Positions 43,328-52,037 of a stretch of 57,047 bases of DNA are shown here, one piece after another (position 1 is the first letter of the stretch; the number at the start of each line of letters is the position of its first letter). A program made the translations under genes and the position numbers. The notes beneath the pieces were generated by a model. It had not been told where the DNA came from. It ran no database searches and worked only from the letters and a program-made list of their open reading frames with translations. Source of the stretch: Candidatus Planktophila sp. (GTDB lineage Bacteria; Actinomycetota; Actinomycetes; Nanopelagicales; Nanopelagicaceae); the NCBI GenBank assembly GCA_044355565.1, contig JBIKXW010000001.1, positions 1-57,047 of the forward strand. Direction: 5' to 3'.

Positions 43328-44242
43328 CTAGATGTAGCGACGCTCGAGTACTACTACTGTCACCTGATCACCAGTCTTAAGGCTGGTATCACCTTCAGAG
43401 ACTGCGATAAATGCATTGGCATCTGAAAGGGTGGATTGTTCATCTTGATTCTGAAGAGGAACAACTGAGCTGCCATCTTCAGCTAAGACGGCTCGAATAT
43501 ATGAGCGAACACCTGGGGCGGATTCAATTGGCTTTTCGAGTGCGGCTTTTACAGATGGACGATGAATAGTCGCCGCTCCGAGCATGGTGCGAATCATGGG
43601 GCGAACAAAGAGCTCAAAGGAGATGTATGAGGAGATTGGGTCGCCAGGAAGAGTTACGACAGGCGTCTTATCTGGTCCGATTGTTCCAAAGTTATGACGA
43701 CCACTTGCCTCAATCGCTAAATCAACGGTGGTGATCTCGCCTAGGCCAGACAGAGTGCGTGTAATCAAATCAAAAGAATCATCGTGGCGCTCTCCGCTAA
43801 TGATAATTAAATCTGCCCGCACAAGTTGATCTTCAATAACCTTCTGAAGTTGCTCTTCATTATCTGGAATTGAGTGAACTCGATATGCAACTGCCCCAAC
43901 TTCACGGACCGCTGTTGTGAGCAACCAAGAATTTGTCTCGTACTCATCGCTTGCATTTTTCAGCGGCTGTCCTGGTTCAACTAAATCTGGACCCGCAGAT
44001 AAGACAACAACTCGCGGGTGTGGTCGGCTTGGTAGATGATCCCGACCAATTGAAGCTGCTAATCCGATTTGGGTTGAGCGAATACGAACGCCTTCACGCA
44101 AAACTAAGCGATCCCCTGCATAAATATCAGAGGCAAGGGTTGCACCATGTGCATCCAATAGTGGCATCTCAAATGATTCGAGGGGTTTGCAGATGGCTAG
44201 TAATGAGGTTAGAAACTCATCTACCCGAGTGTGTTCTGACAT
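43328..44242 (-). CDS. glp: Shortened MoeA/gephyrin-like protein (Glp-like), internally deleted and catalytically degenerate
   Basis: MoeA-like segments (PLLDAHGATLASD, IGLAASIG, PRVVVLS, LPGDP, FELFVRP, ANAFI) but no SAMDGYA motif or domain II. Confidence 0.8.
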   Translation of the reverse strand: MSEHTRVDEFLTSLLAICKPLESFEMPLLDAHGATLASDIYAGDRLVLREGVRIRSTQIGLAASIGRDHLPSRPHPRVVVLSAGPDLVEPGQPLKNASDEYETNSWLLTTAVREVGAVAYRVHSIPDNEEQLQKVIEDQLVRADLIIISGERHDDSFDLITRTLSGLGEITTVDLAIEASGRHNFGTIGPDKTPVVTLPGDPISSYISFELFVRPMIRTMLGAATIHRPSVKAALEKPIESAPGVRSYIRAVLAEDGSSVVPLQNQDEQSTLSDANAFIAVSEGDTSLKTGDQVTVVVLERRYI

Positions 44243-44297
44243 AATCGAACCCTACTTGTTGAACAGTTTGATCTTTGGGATTTCACGGGAGATTTAA

Positions 44298-44840
44298 ATG
44301 ACAGATCAAAAAGCCACATTACGGGAACGTGCCCGCCGGGAACGGTTACAGAAGTTCATCCCATCAAACTTTAATGTCATTTTGCAAGCTCCCGAAATTG
44401 CTTCAGCGACAATAGTCGCCTCATATATCTCCTACGAGTACGAACCCAGCACCGTCGAAGTCAATGAGGCATTCCTGAGAAGTGGGAAAACTCTGGTTCT
44501 TCCTCGAATAAATGGAGACCAATTGGAATGGGTGAGGTGGGATGGAGATCCTGCAATGTTGATCACCAAGAAAAAGATTTCAGAGCCGGTGGGGGCTGCA
44601 ATTACAGATCTATCCGATATTGGAGCTGTGATTGTTCCCGCCTTAAAAATCGATCAATCTGGATTTAGATTGGGTCAAGGCGGTGGGTTTTACGACCGTG
44701 CCCTTGTCCATCTCAATGCTTGGAAGATTGGCTTGGTCTACGCAGGTGAGTTATCTAGTGAAGAGCTTCCACATGAAGCCCATGATGTGCCATTGGATGC
44801 AGCCGCCACACCTTCGATTGTCGTGCGATTTAATCGTTAG
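44298..44840 (+). CDS. 5-formyltetrahydrofolate cyclo-ligase
   Basis: YEPST, LPR, G.RLGQGGGFYDRAL and PHEAHDVPLD motifs. Confidence 0.92.
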   Translation: MTDQKATLRERARRERLQKFIPSNFNVILQAPEIASATIVASYISYEYEPSTVEVNEAFLRSGKTLVLPRINGDQLEWVRWDGDPAMLITKKKISEPVGAAITDLSDIGAVIVPALKIDQSGFRLGQGGGFYDRALVHLNAWKIGLVYAGELSSEELPHEAHDVPLDAAATPSIVVRFNR

Positions 44841-44843
44841 GTT

Positions 44844-45989
44844 TTAACTGTTTGGAAGGTTACGTGCCATCACGATTCGTTGAATCTGATTGGTGCCTTC
44901 ATATATCTGAGTCAACTTTGTATCGCGCATCATGCGTTCAACTGGATAGTCGGTGACATATCCATAACCGCCTAGAACTTGAATTGCATCCTGAGTCACC
45001 TTCATCGCCATATCACTAGCAAAACACTTGCTAGCTGCTGAGAAGAAACGAAGATCACGTTCACCATTTTCGCTCTTAATTGCGGCGGAGTAGGTTAACA
45101 AACGCGCAGCTTCAATATTCATAGCCATATCTGCAAGCATGAATTGAACCGCTTGGAAATCAAAGATCGGCTTACCAAACTGATGGCGCTCGTGTGCATA
45201 CTTAGTAGCAATATCCAATGCACCTTGTGCAAGACCTAAAGCTTGTGCAGCGATTGTGATTCGAGTGTGATCTAAAGTGTTCATGGCGAGAGCAAAACCT
45301 TGGCCAACCTCGCTAATTCGGCGGTCATCATTTAGCTGAACATTGTCGAAGTAAACCTCACGTGTTGGAGATCCGCGCATACCCATCTTTTTTTCTGGTG
45401 CGCCAAAAGAAACACCTGGATCAGATTTTTCAACAACAAAAGCTGTAATTCCTTTTGAGCCTAACGATGGATCCCCTTGTGCAATAACTGAATAAAACTC
45501 TGATTCGCCTGCGTTTGTGATCCACTTCTTACTTCCATTGAGGATCCACCCATCACCTGAACGTTCCACCTTTGTTCGCAAAGCAGATGCATCAGATCCA
45601 GCTTCTGACTCTGATAGACAGTAAGAGAACCCTTCTCCCTTTACTAAGCGTGGAAGCCAACGCTTCTTTTGCTCATCGTTGCCGCCCAAAATTAATGGAA
45701 CTGAACCCAGTTTGTTTACCGCTGGAATCAAAGAAGAAGATCCACACACGCGTGCTACTTCTTCAATAATTAACACAGCTGCTAAAGCATCTGCGCCATC
45801 TCCGCCAAACTCTGTAGGAACATGTGCTGCATACAATCCATTTTTTACAAGTGCATTCTTGGCCTCAACTGGAAAACGGTGCTCTTCATCGACGGCTTGA
45901 GCAAATGGTGCGATCTCTTTTTCAGCAAGCGCACGCACGCTAGTGCGCAACTCCTTGTACTCTGAAGGCAGATCAAACAAGTTTTCCAT
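44844..45989 (-). CDS. Acyl-CoA dehydrogenase
   Basis: YCLSESEAGSD, NGSKKWITN, ERHQFGKPI, GGYGY and IYEGTNQIQR motifs. Confidence 0.95.
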   Translation of the reverse strand: MENLFDLPSEYKELRTSVRALAEKEIAPFAQAVDEEHRFPVEAKNALVKNGLYAAHVPTEFGGDGADALAAVLIIEEVARVCGSSSLIPAVNKLGSVPLILGGNDEQKKRWLPRLVKGEGFSYCLSESEAGSDASALRTKVERSGDGWILNGSKKWITNAGESEFYSVIAQGDPSLGSKGITAFVVEKSDPGVSFGAPEKKMGMRGSPTREVYFDNVQLNDDRRISEVGQGFALAMNTLDHTRITIAAQALGLAQGALDIATKYAHERHQFGKPIFDFQAVQFMLADMAMNIEAARLLTYSAAIKSENGERDLRFFSAASKCFASDMAMKVTQDAIQVLGGYGYVTDYPVERMMRDTKLTQIYEGTNQIQRIVMARNLPNS

Positions 45990-47836
45990 TAGGGCTCATT
46001 CCTATCGCGCTTTGATAATTCCTGTAGATACTGATTGTAATTGGCTAGATCATCAGGCTGACCCATAGCCGCTTGGCGAGCGGTATTGCGATCAATCCTC
46101 TTTGCCTCACGAGAATCATCTCGCATCCAATTGATAAATGTCGCCACCAAAGCAATCAGGATTGGGATCTCGCCCATAGCCCAGCCAATAGAGCCACCGA
46201 GCTTTTGATCGGCTAAGTAATCGGTTAACCATGGAGTTTGAAGGGAGGCGTAAAAACCCTTATCAATGAGGGTTGAAGTAGACATCAAAGCCACTGAGAA
46301 AAATGCATGAATGCTCATTGCCGCAAACAAAATCACGATCTGAACGAGGTGATGCACTCTGCGGGGGTTGGGATCAACTCCAATGATGATAAAGAAGAAT
46401 AAGAAACCAGCGGCGAGGAAGTGAAGACTCATAAACAAGTGGCCGACATGGCTCTGCATCAAAACTGCAAAAAGATCTGTGAAGTAGAGAGCGAACAGAG
46501 AGCCATCGAAAATTGCTAATGCCACAATCGGATTAGTTATGACTACGCCATACCTTGAATGCAACGCAGCCAGTAAAGAGCCTCGCACGCCGCGTTCTTC
46601 AGATGTTCTGCCTTGTGGCAGAGTTCGTAAAGCTAATGTCATGGGTGCACCAAGAACTAAACCAATTGGTGCGATCATTCCTAAAACCATATGAGAAATC
46701 ATGTGATACGAGAAGGAGAACTGGGCATACACACCAAGTCCTCCACTTGTTGCAAAATCAATTGCGGTAATTCCCAGCGCAAATGCCACTGTGCGTCCGA
46801 CCGGCCATTTATCTCCGCGCTTAGTTAGAACAATTACGCCTTTTACATACAGAGCTACCATCAAAATCAAAATTCCGATCATGAGAGCGTTCGGTTCATA
46901 GCTCAAGAAGATTCGAGACCAGGTCGGTGCAGGTGGTGTTGAAACCCCAACTATCGATAGAGCCGCGTTGAAATCTTGATTTCCAGGGCGATCGGGTGAA
47001 GAGCTAGTTGATAGCCATGTTCCCATGACAACTGTTACCACCATGATTGCCGCTTCAAAAGAGATGAGTCTGGCAAATCCCAACCAATTGAGTGTTGTTT
47101 TCTTGGCCAGATTTTTGCGATGAAGAAAACCAATGTAAAGAAGAGCAATAGTTGCCACAATCTTTGCAATGACTAGAAATGCATAACGTGAATTCCAGGC
47201 ATCAACAAAGTTTAATCGGGCCCAAGCATTTACTGCGCCGCTAGCGACGACCGCAATTGCAGCCCATAAAGCTAGCTGGCTAAAGCGAGGTACCGCCACA
47301 GGGCGATCAAGGGGCGAAAGAAAGGCTATTGCAATAACCCCGCCGACCCATAATGAGATAGCAATAACGTGAATGACAAGAGAACCAATAACAAGCGAGT
47401 GAGAGCCACTGGACGCGGCATGGCTCTCAAAAACGGGTGCAACTAATCCAGCGATCGACAGTGCAAAGAGCAGAATAAGTGATTCGATTTTGCGAGTAAA
47501 GAAGGAGAAGATCAGAGCAGCTGTGGCAACAATTGCTTGGAAGGCCAGGTACTTTCCAAGGGAAATCTGGGTAATGAAAGATCTAATGACCGTTGTATCT
47601 AACGCGTCCGTGAATGTTGTACCGAGAATTTGTGCCAAGGTAAAGAGAATTGTCCCAAATGCACCAACTACCCAGATAACAGCAGATGTTTTGAGTAATC
47701 GGCGCAGTTTTTCCCCAGAAGTTGCAAGATATCCATCTTGATTAATGAGAAGAAATGCCATCGCCAAAAGTGAACCGATCACGCTGATACCGCCAGCGAG
47801 ATTGAAAAATTTAAAAGTAGTTGTGAAAAGATTCAT
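45989..47836 (-). CDS. CopD / caa3-type cytochrome c oxidase assembly factor (CtaG-like) fusion
   Basis: CopD half (SHA, H....LWVGG, RFS) fused to a Caa3_CtaG half (HMISHM, DP.P, HAFF, DQKLGG.I.W..GE). Confidence 0.85.
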   Translation of the reverse strand: MNLFTTTFKFFNLAGGISVIGSLLAMAFLLINQDGYLATSGEKLRRLLKTSAVIWVVGAFGTILFTLAQILGTTFTDALDTTVIRSFITQISLGKYLAFQAIVATAALIFSFFTRKIESLILLFALSIAGLVAPVFESHAASSGSHSLVIGSLVIHVIAISLWVGGVIAIAFLSPLDRPVAVPRFSQLALWAAIAVVASGAVNAWARLNFVDAWNSRYAFLVIAKIVATIALLYIGFLHRKNLAKKTTLNWLGFARLISFEAAIMVVTVVMGTWLSTSSSPDRPGNQDFNAALSIVGVSTPPAPTWSRIFLSYEPNALMIGILILMVALYVKGVIVLTKRGDKWPVGRTVAFALGITAIDFATSGGLGVYAQFSFSYHMISHMVLGMIAPIGLVLGAPMTLALRTLPQGRTSEERGVRGSLLAALHSRYGVVITNPIVALAIFDGSLFALYFTDLFAVLMQSHVGHLFMSLHFLAAGFLFFFIIIGVDPNPRRVHHLVQIVILFAAMSIHAFFSVALMSTSTLIDKGFYASLQTPWLTDYLADQKLGGSIGWAMGEIPILIALVATFINWMRDDSREAKRIDRNTARQAAMGQPDDLANYNQYLQELSKRDRNEP

Positions 47837-48357
47837 CGATTGTTAAATAGCTTGCGTGCATACAGCGACAAACCGACTGTTACGCCAACAGCAAGTACAA
47901 GAAGAAGAATAATAAAAAGATTTGTTCCCCAACTACTGCTTGCCGGAGTTTGAGAGACGGTTGGTTCAGGGGTCGGAGTCTCTGGTGCAATAGTGCTGGG
48001 AGCCTGATACTTAAAACGGTAACTTCCTTCAAGCGGTGCATCTGCTTCAGCAAACAACAAGTAAGTAACGGTGTAAAAACCTGATTCTGTTAATGGCATC
48101 AAACCGACAGTTGCGCTGACATCGGTAACCATGATGGTTCCATCGTCGACACGAACACCTTTTGGATCTGTGACTGAAATTTCATTTGCATCAGGCAACA
48201 ATGGAAGCTGCCCTGTAACTGTGACACTGGTCGGGGAAACTGACAATGTGGATCCGCTCATCGGCGATGTGCTGACCAATGAGTTAGCAAATGTCGCACT
48301 TGTTCCCAAAAGTGTAAGTAAAAGTACTAATGCACTACCTGATGCGAACTTCCTCAC
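47833..48357 (-). CDS. CopC-like membrane-anchored protein lacking canonical Cu ligands
   Basis: Signal peptide; LVSTSP..GS, V.DP.G.RVD, G.YTV.Y and GSY.F fold markers; C-terminal TM helix; upstream of CopD; likely GTG start at 48357. Confidence 0.75.
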   Translation of the reverse strand: MRKFASGSALVLLLTLLGTSATFANSLVSTSPMSGSTLSVSPTSVTVTGQLPLLPDANEISVTDPKGVRVDDGTIMVTDVSATVGLMPLTESGFYTVTYLLFAEADAPLEGSYRFKYQAPSTIAPETPTPEPTVSQTPASSSWGTNLFIILLLVLAVGVTVGLSLYARKLFNNR

Positions 48358-48468
48358 ATTTGCCTTTCTTGAAGCACCAAGGAAGTGCCTCAATTCGCGC
48401 CAATCTTCTCACTTCTTTAGACTAAGCACATAGCCCAACCGGGGGTTTTAGCCAGAAGAGGAGTCGCG

Positions 48469-48699
48469 ATGCCTACTTATCAATATGCATGTACCGCCTG
48501 CGACCACCAATTTGAAGCTATTCAATCCTTCTCAGATGACTCTCTGACAATCTGCCCAGAATGCAAGGGTGAAATTAGAAAGGTGTACACCGCCGTAGGT
48601 GTCGTGTTCAAGGGGTCAGGGTTTTACAAAACAGATTCAGCTAAAAAAGAAACACCAAAGAGCACGCCTGCGCCAACACCTGCGCCTAAGGCTGATTAA
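48469..48699 (+). CDS. FmdB-family zinc-ribbon protein
   Basis: MPTYQYACTAC...CPEC...FKGSGFYKTD; GAGGAG SD. Confidence 0.93.
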   Translation: MPTYQYACTACDHQFEAIQSFSDDSLTICPECKGEIRKVYTAVGVVFKGSGFYKTDSAKKETPKSTPAPTPAPKAD

Positions 48700-48812
48700 C
48701 CCTCGTGATGTGGTGGGCGATCTGACTTCAACTCTTCTTCGCGCTTTGCTTGTTCAGAGGCAGCATCCAGATCAATTTCATCTGAAGTTACTTTTGGGAA
48801 GAGATCACTCAT
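48696..48812 (-). CDS. 38-aa acidic peptide ending RPPHHEG (absent from ORF track)
   Basis: Manual translation MSDLFPKVTSDEIDLDAASEQAKREEELKSDRPPHHEG*; TAGAAT lies 6 nt upstream of the ATG; stop overlaps the FmdB stop. Confidence 0.75.
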   Translation of the reverse strand: MSDLFPKVTSDEIDLDAASEQAKREEELKSDRPPHHEG

Positions 48813-48866
48813 AACTTAATTCTACTACCGGTTTAAATCTTTTAACCACTAAGAAAAGAGATAGAA

Positions 48867-50972
48867 ATGTTTGAAAAGCTTGGCCACTTGATCTTTAAGC
48901 GCAGAAAGAGCGCAGTGATTCTATTTGTTGTTGGAATTCTGGTCGCCGGTGGATTTGGCTCATTGGCATTTAGTCGTCTCGATTCGGGTGGATATAGCGA
49001 TCCAAAAAGTGACTCTTACAAGGTTTACGAATACTTGACAGAAGAGTTAAAGATTTCAGAGCCAGCAGTTGTGATCATTGTTGATTCAGGTTCCACCGAT
49101 GTCACTGATCCTTCAGTGGCACAAAAGGGCGTTGCGCTAGAAAAGAAGATTGCACAAGAAGAGGGTGTAACAAAAACACTTTCTTTCTGGACCAGCGGTG
49201 GCGAAGCAACTTTGAAATCAGCTGATGGCAAAGCTGCTTACATCCTTGTCTACGGTGATGGTGAGGCCTTTACTCCAGAAAGCCAGGAGCTCGGAAAGGT
49301 GATGCAGCAAAAATATGATGGCTCCTATGAAGGTCTAACGCTGTACGCCGGCGGTGTTGGAGTTGTTGGCCACGCAATCACCAAAAAGATTTCCGATGAT
49401 CTGAAGATTGCTGAGCTCATTTCGATTCCATTGACCTTCATTTTGCTAGTCCTCGTCTTTGGAGCTTTGGCTGCTTCGGCCATGCCATTAATCGTTGGTG
49501 TAGCCGCGATTTTAGGCGCATTCTTTATTCTTTATTTATTCACTTTGTTTACAACTGTCAGTATCTACGCACTGAATTTAACGACAGGCATGGGCCTTGG
49601 CTTAGGCATTGATTACGCACTATTGATGGTTAACCGATTCCGTGAGGAATTACACCGAGGAAAAAACATCGAAGATTCCATAGTCACAACTATGGCTACC
49701 GCAGGGAAAACAGTCTTTTATTCAGGAATGACAGTGTTGGTAACTTTATTGTCGCTCACCTTCTTTCCTCTGCCTTTCTTGCAGTCATTTGGATATGCAG
49801 GTGTATCAGTTGTTGCTCTTGCAGTAATTGGCGCTTTGTTCGGATTGCCTCCAATCATGGCAATCCTTGGCGATCGCATCGACAAGGGAGTTGTTCGCAA
49901 ATCCGCGATTACTCCAAAGGAAGATGGTCGTTGGGCACAGACTGCACGTCTAGTTATGAAACGTCCGGTGAGCGCAGTACTTGTCTCACTAGTAATTCTT
50001 GGTGTGATGGCAGCTCCAATTACTGGGATCAAGTTTTCTCAAGGAGATTCTCGTATGTTGCCAGCAGATAACAAGGCAGCTTTTGCAACTGCTCTACAAT
50101 CTGAGCGTTTTCCAGGACAGACTGGTACCCCAATTGAAATTATCATTATTGATGGCGCAGATAAGTTAGTAGAGATCAATACCTACACCCAAAAGCTTGG
50201 TCAAACCGCAGGAATTGTTGGAGTAGTTCCACCGGCAGTTATCGGAAAAGATGTGCGCGTGGTTGCATATCAAGCGATGCTTCCTCGAACACCTGAATCT
50301 CAAGAGCTGATTCAAAATGTTCGAAGCATTGAATCTCCCGAAGGAACTTTGGTCGGTGGAGTAGCCGCTGATTACACAGATTCACAAAACGGTATTTCGC
50401 GCACTTTGCCGTGGGCTCTTGGTTGGATTGTTCTCAGCGTTCTTGTCTTAATCTTTGTCTTTACCGGCTCAATTATTTTGCCAATCAAGGCTGTGATTCT
50501 CAACTTCCTTTCACTTGGTGCAGCTATGGGTGTGCTGACTTGGGTATTTGTTGACGGCAATCTTCAGTGGCTTGTTGGTTCATTTACAGTGACCGGAACA
50601 CTGGATACTTCAATTGTCATCCTGATTGCTGTCGTCGTGTTTGGTCTTTCGATGGATTATGAGCTCTTCTTACTTTCACGTATCCGCGAGGAACACCTTG
50701 CCGGTAAATCAAATGTTGAATCAGTTGCTGTGGGACTTCAGCGATCTGCACGAATTATCACCGCGGCAGCAGTCTTGTTGGCAGTGGTGTTCGGTGCATT
50801 TGTTACCAGCGGTGTCACATCCATTAAAACCATGGGGTTCGGCGTTTCATTAGCCGTGCTTCTGGATGCAACTATTGTTCGAGGTCTCTTAGTGCCAGCG
50901 TTGATGCGCCTATTTGGCGAAAACAACTGGTGGGCACCTAAGTGGATGCAACGATTTACCTTGCACCACTAA
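48867..50972 (+). CDS. MMPL-family (RND) transporter
   Basis: GLGIDYALL..RFREE, TAGKTV.YSG, FGLSMDYELFLLSRIREE, DATIVR and NWWAP motifs. Confidence 0.93.
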   Translation: MFEKLGHLIFKRRKSAVILFVVGILVAGGFGSLAFSRLDSGGYSDPKSDSYKVYEYLTEELKISEPAVVIIVDSGSTDVTDPSVAQKGVALEKKIAQEEGVTKTLSFWTSGGEATLKSADGKAAYILVYGDGEAFTPESQELGKVMQQKYDGSYEGLTLYAGGVGVVGHAITKKISDDLKIAELISIPLTFILLVLVFGALAASAMPLIVGVAAILGAFFILYLFTLFTTVSIYALNLTTGMGLGLGIDYALLMVNRFREELHRGKNIEDSIVTTMATAGKTVFYSGMTVLVTLLSLTFFPLPFLQSFGYAGVSVVALAVIGALFGLPPIMAILGDRIDKGVVRKSAITPKEDGRWAQTARLVMKRPVSAVLVSLVILGVMAAPITGIKFSQGDSRMLPADNKAAFATALQSERFPGQTGTPIEIIIIDGADKLVEINTYTQKLGQTAGIVGVVPPAVIGKDVRVVAYQAMLPRTPESQELIQNVRSIESPEGTLVGGVAADYTDSQNGISRTLPWALGWIVLSVLVLIFVFTGSIILPIKAVILNFLSLGAAMGVLTWVFVDGNLQWLVGSFTVTGTLDTSIVILIAVVVFGLSMDYELFLLSRIREEHLAGKSNVESVAVGLQRSARIITAAAVLLAVVFGAFVTSGVTSIKTMGFGVSLAVLLDATIVRGLLVPALMRLFGENNWWAPKWMQRFTLHH

Positions 50973-50991
50973 TCTCGCGTACCCTTAGGCC

Positions 50992-51831
50992 ATGGATCTA
51001 ATCGCTTCCCTGCAATGCGCAGATCAGCCTGGCATCGTTCATGCGATGACATCGGCGGTTCTTGCCTGTGGTGGAAACATCATTGAGAATCAACAGTTCA
51101 CCGATCCAACGACAAATCAATTTGTCATGCGCACCCGTTTTGAAACTTCTCAAGGATTAGATGGTGCAAATAAGAGTTTGAATGAGGGACTTTCAAAGTT
51201 CACTCCTTCACTTCACATTCGCCCAACAGCCCAAAAGCCACGAGCACTTGTCATGGTTACAAAAGAGAGTCATTGCTTGCGCGATCTTTTGTACTTAGAA
51301 GAACTTGGTGAGCTCAATGTTGAGATTCCCTTAGTTATCTCTAATCGCGAGGATCTACGCTCTTTGGTGGAATCTCACGGAGTTAAGTTTCTATATCTTC
51401 CTGTCGCTTCGGATAATAAGGTGGCTCAAGAAGCTGAAATTCTCAAGAAGATTCAGGAGCTAAAGATTGATTTTGTTGTGCTGGCCCGTTACATGCAGAT
51501 TCTTTCTGAAGAGTTCTGTAACACAATGCCAGGAAAGATCATCAACATTCATCACTCATTCTTGCCAGGATTTAAGGGTGCTAAGCCATATCACCAGGCT
51601 CATGAGCGGGGCGTAAAGATCATTGGCGCTAGCGCTCACTTTGTTACAAGTGATTTAGATGAAGGTCCGATCATTGAGCAAGATGTTGCACACGTGACTC
51701 ATAACGCCTCTGCCGAGGAGTTAATCGCTATTGGTCGTGACATTGAGCGTAGAGTTTTAGCAAAAGCGGTTAAGTTGTACGCCGATGACAAGATATTCAT
51801 CGTTGGCAAAAGAACCGTTGTATTTTCATAA
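50992..51831 (+). CDS. purU: Formyltetrahydrofolate deformylase
   Basis: N-terminal ACT domain; LARYMQILS, INIHHSFLP.FKGAKPYHQA and LDEGPIIEQ motifs. Confidence 0.96.
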   Translation: MDLIASLQCADQPGIVHAMTSAVLACGGNIIENQQFTDPTTNQFVMRTRFETSQGLDGANKSLNEGLSKFTPSLHIRPTAQKPRALVMVTKESHCLRDLLYLEELGELNVEIPLVISNREDLRSLVESHGVKFLYLPVASDNKVAQEAEILKKIQELKIDFVVLARYMQILSEEFCNTMPGKIINIHHSFLPGFKGAKPYHQAHERGVKIIGASAHFVTSDLDEGPIIEQDVAHVTHNASAEELIAIGRDIERRVLAKAVKLYADDKIFIVGKRTVVFS

Positions 51832-51853
51832 ATTATTGAGATAAATCAAGGAG

Positions 51854-51926
51854 TGTCCCCGGCGGGAGTTGAACCTGCGACCTACCGCTTAGGAGGCGGT
51901 TGCTCTATCCACTGAGCTACGGGGAC
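51854..51926 (-). tRNA. tRNA-Arg(CCT), CCA not encoded
   Basis: GTCCCCG...CGGGGAC-A; anticodon arm ACCGC-CTCCTAA-GCGGT; T-loop TTCAACT. Confidence 0.94.
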
Positions 51927-52037
51927 CAATAGTTAATTAATGCTAAGTATCACTGTCCAATCTTGTCATGAATAAAGTGGACAGGTAGACTCCCTAATCT
52001 AACGAAAAGGAAGTAATTCCCTCATGAGAGGCCAACA

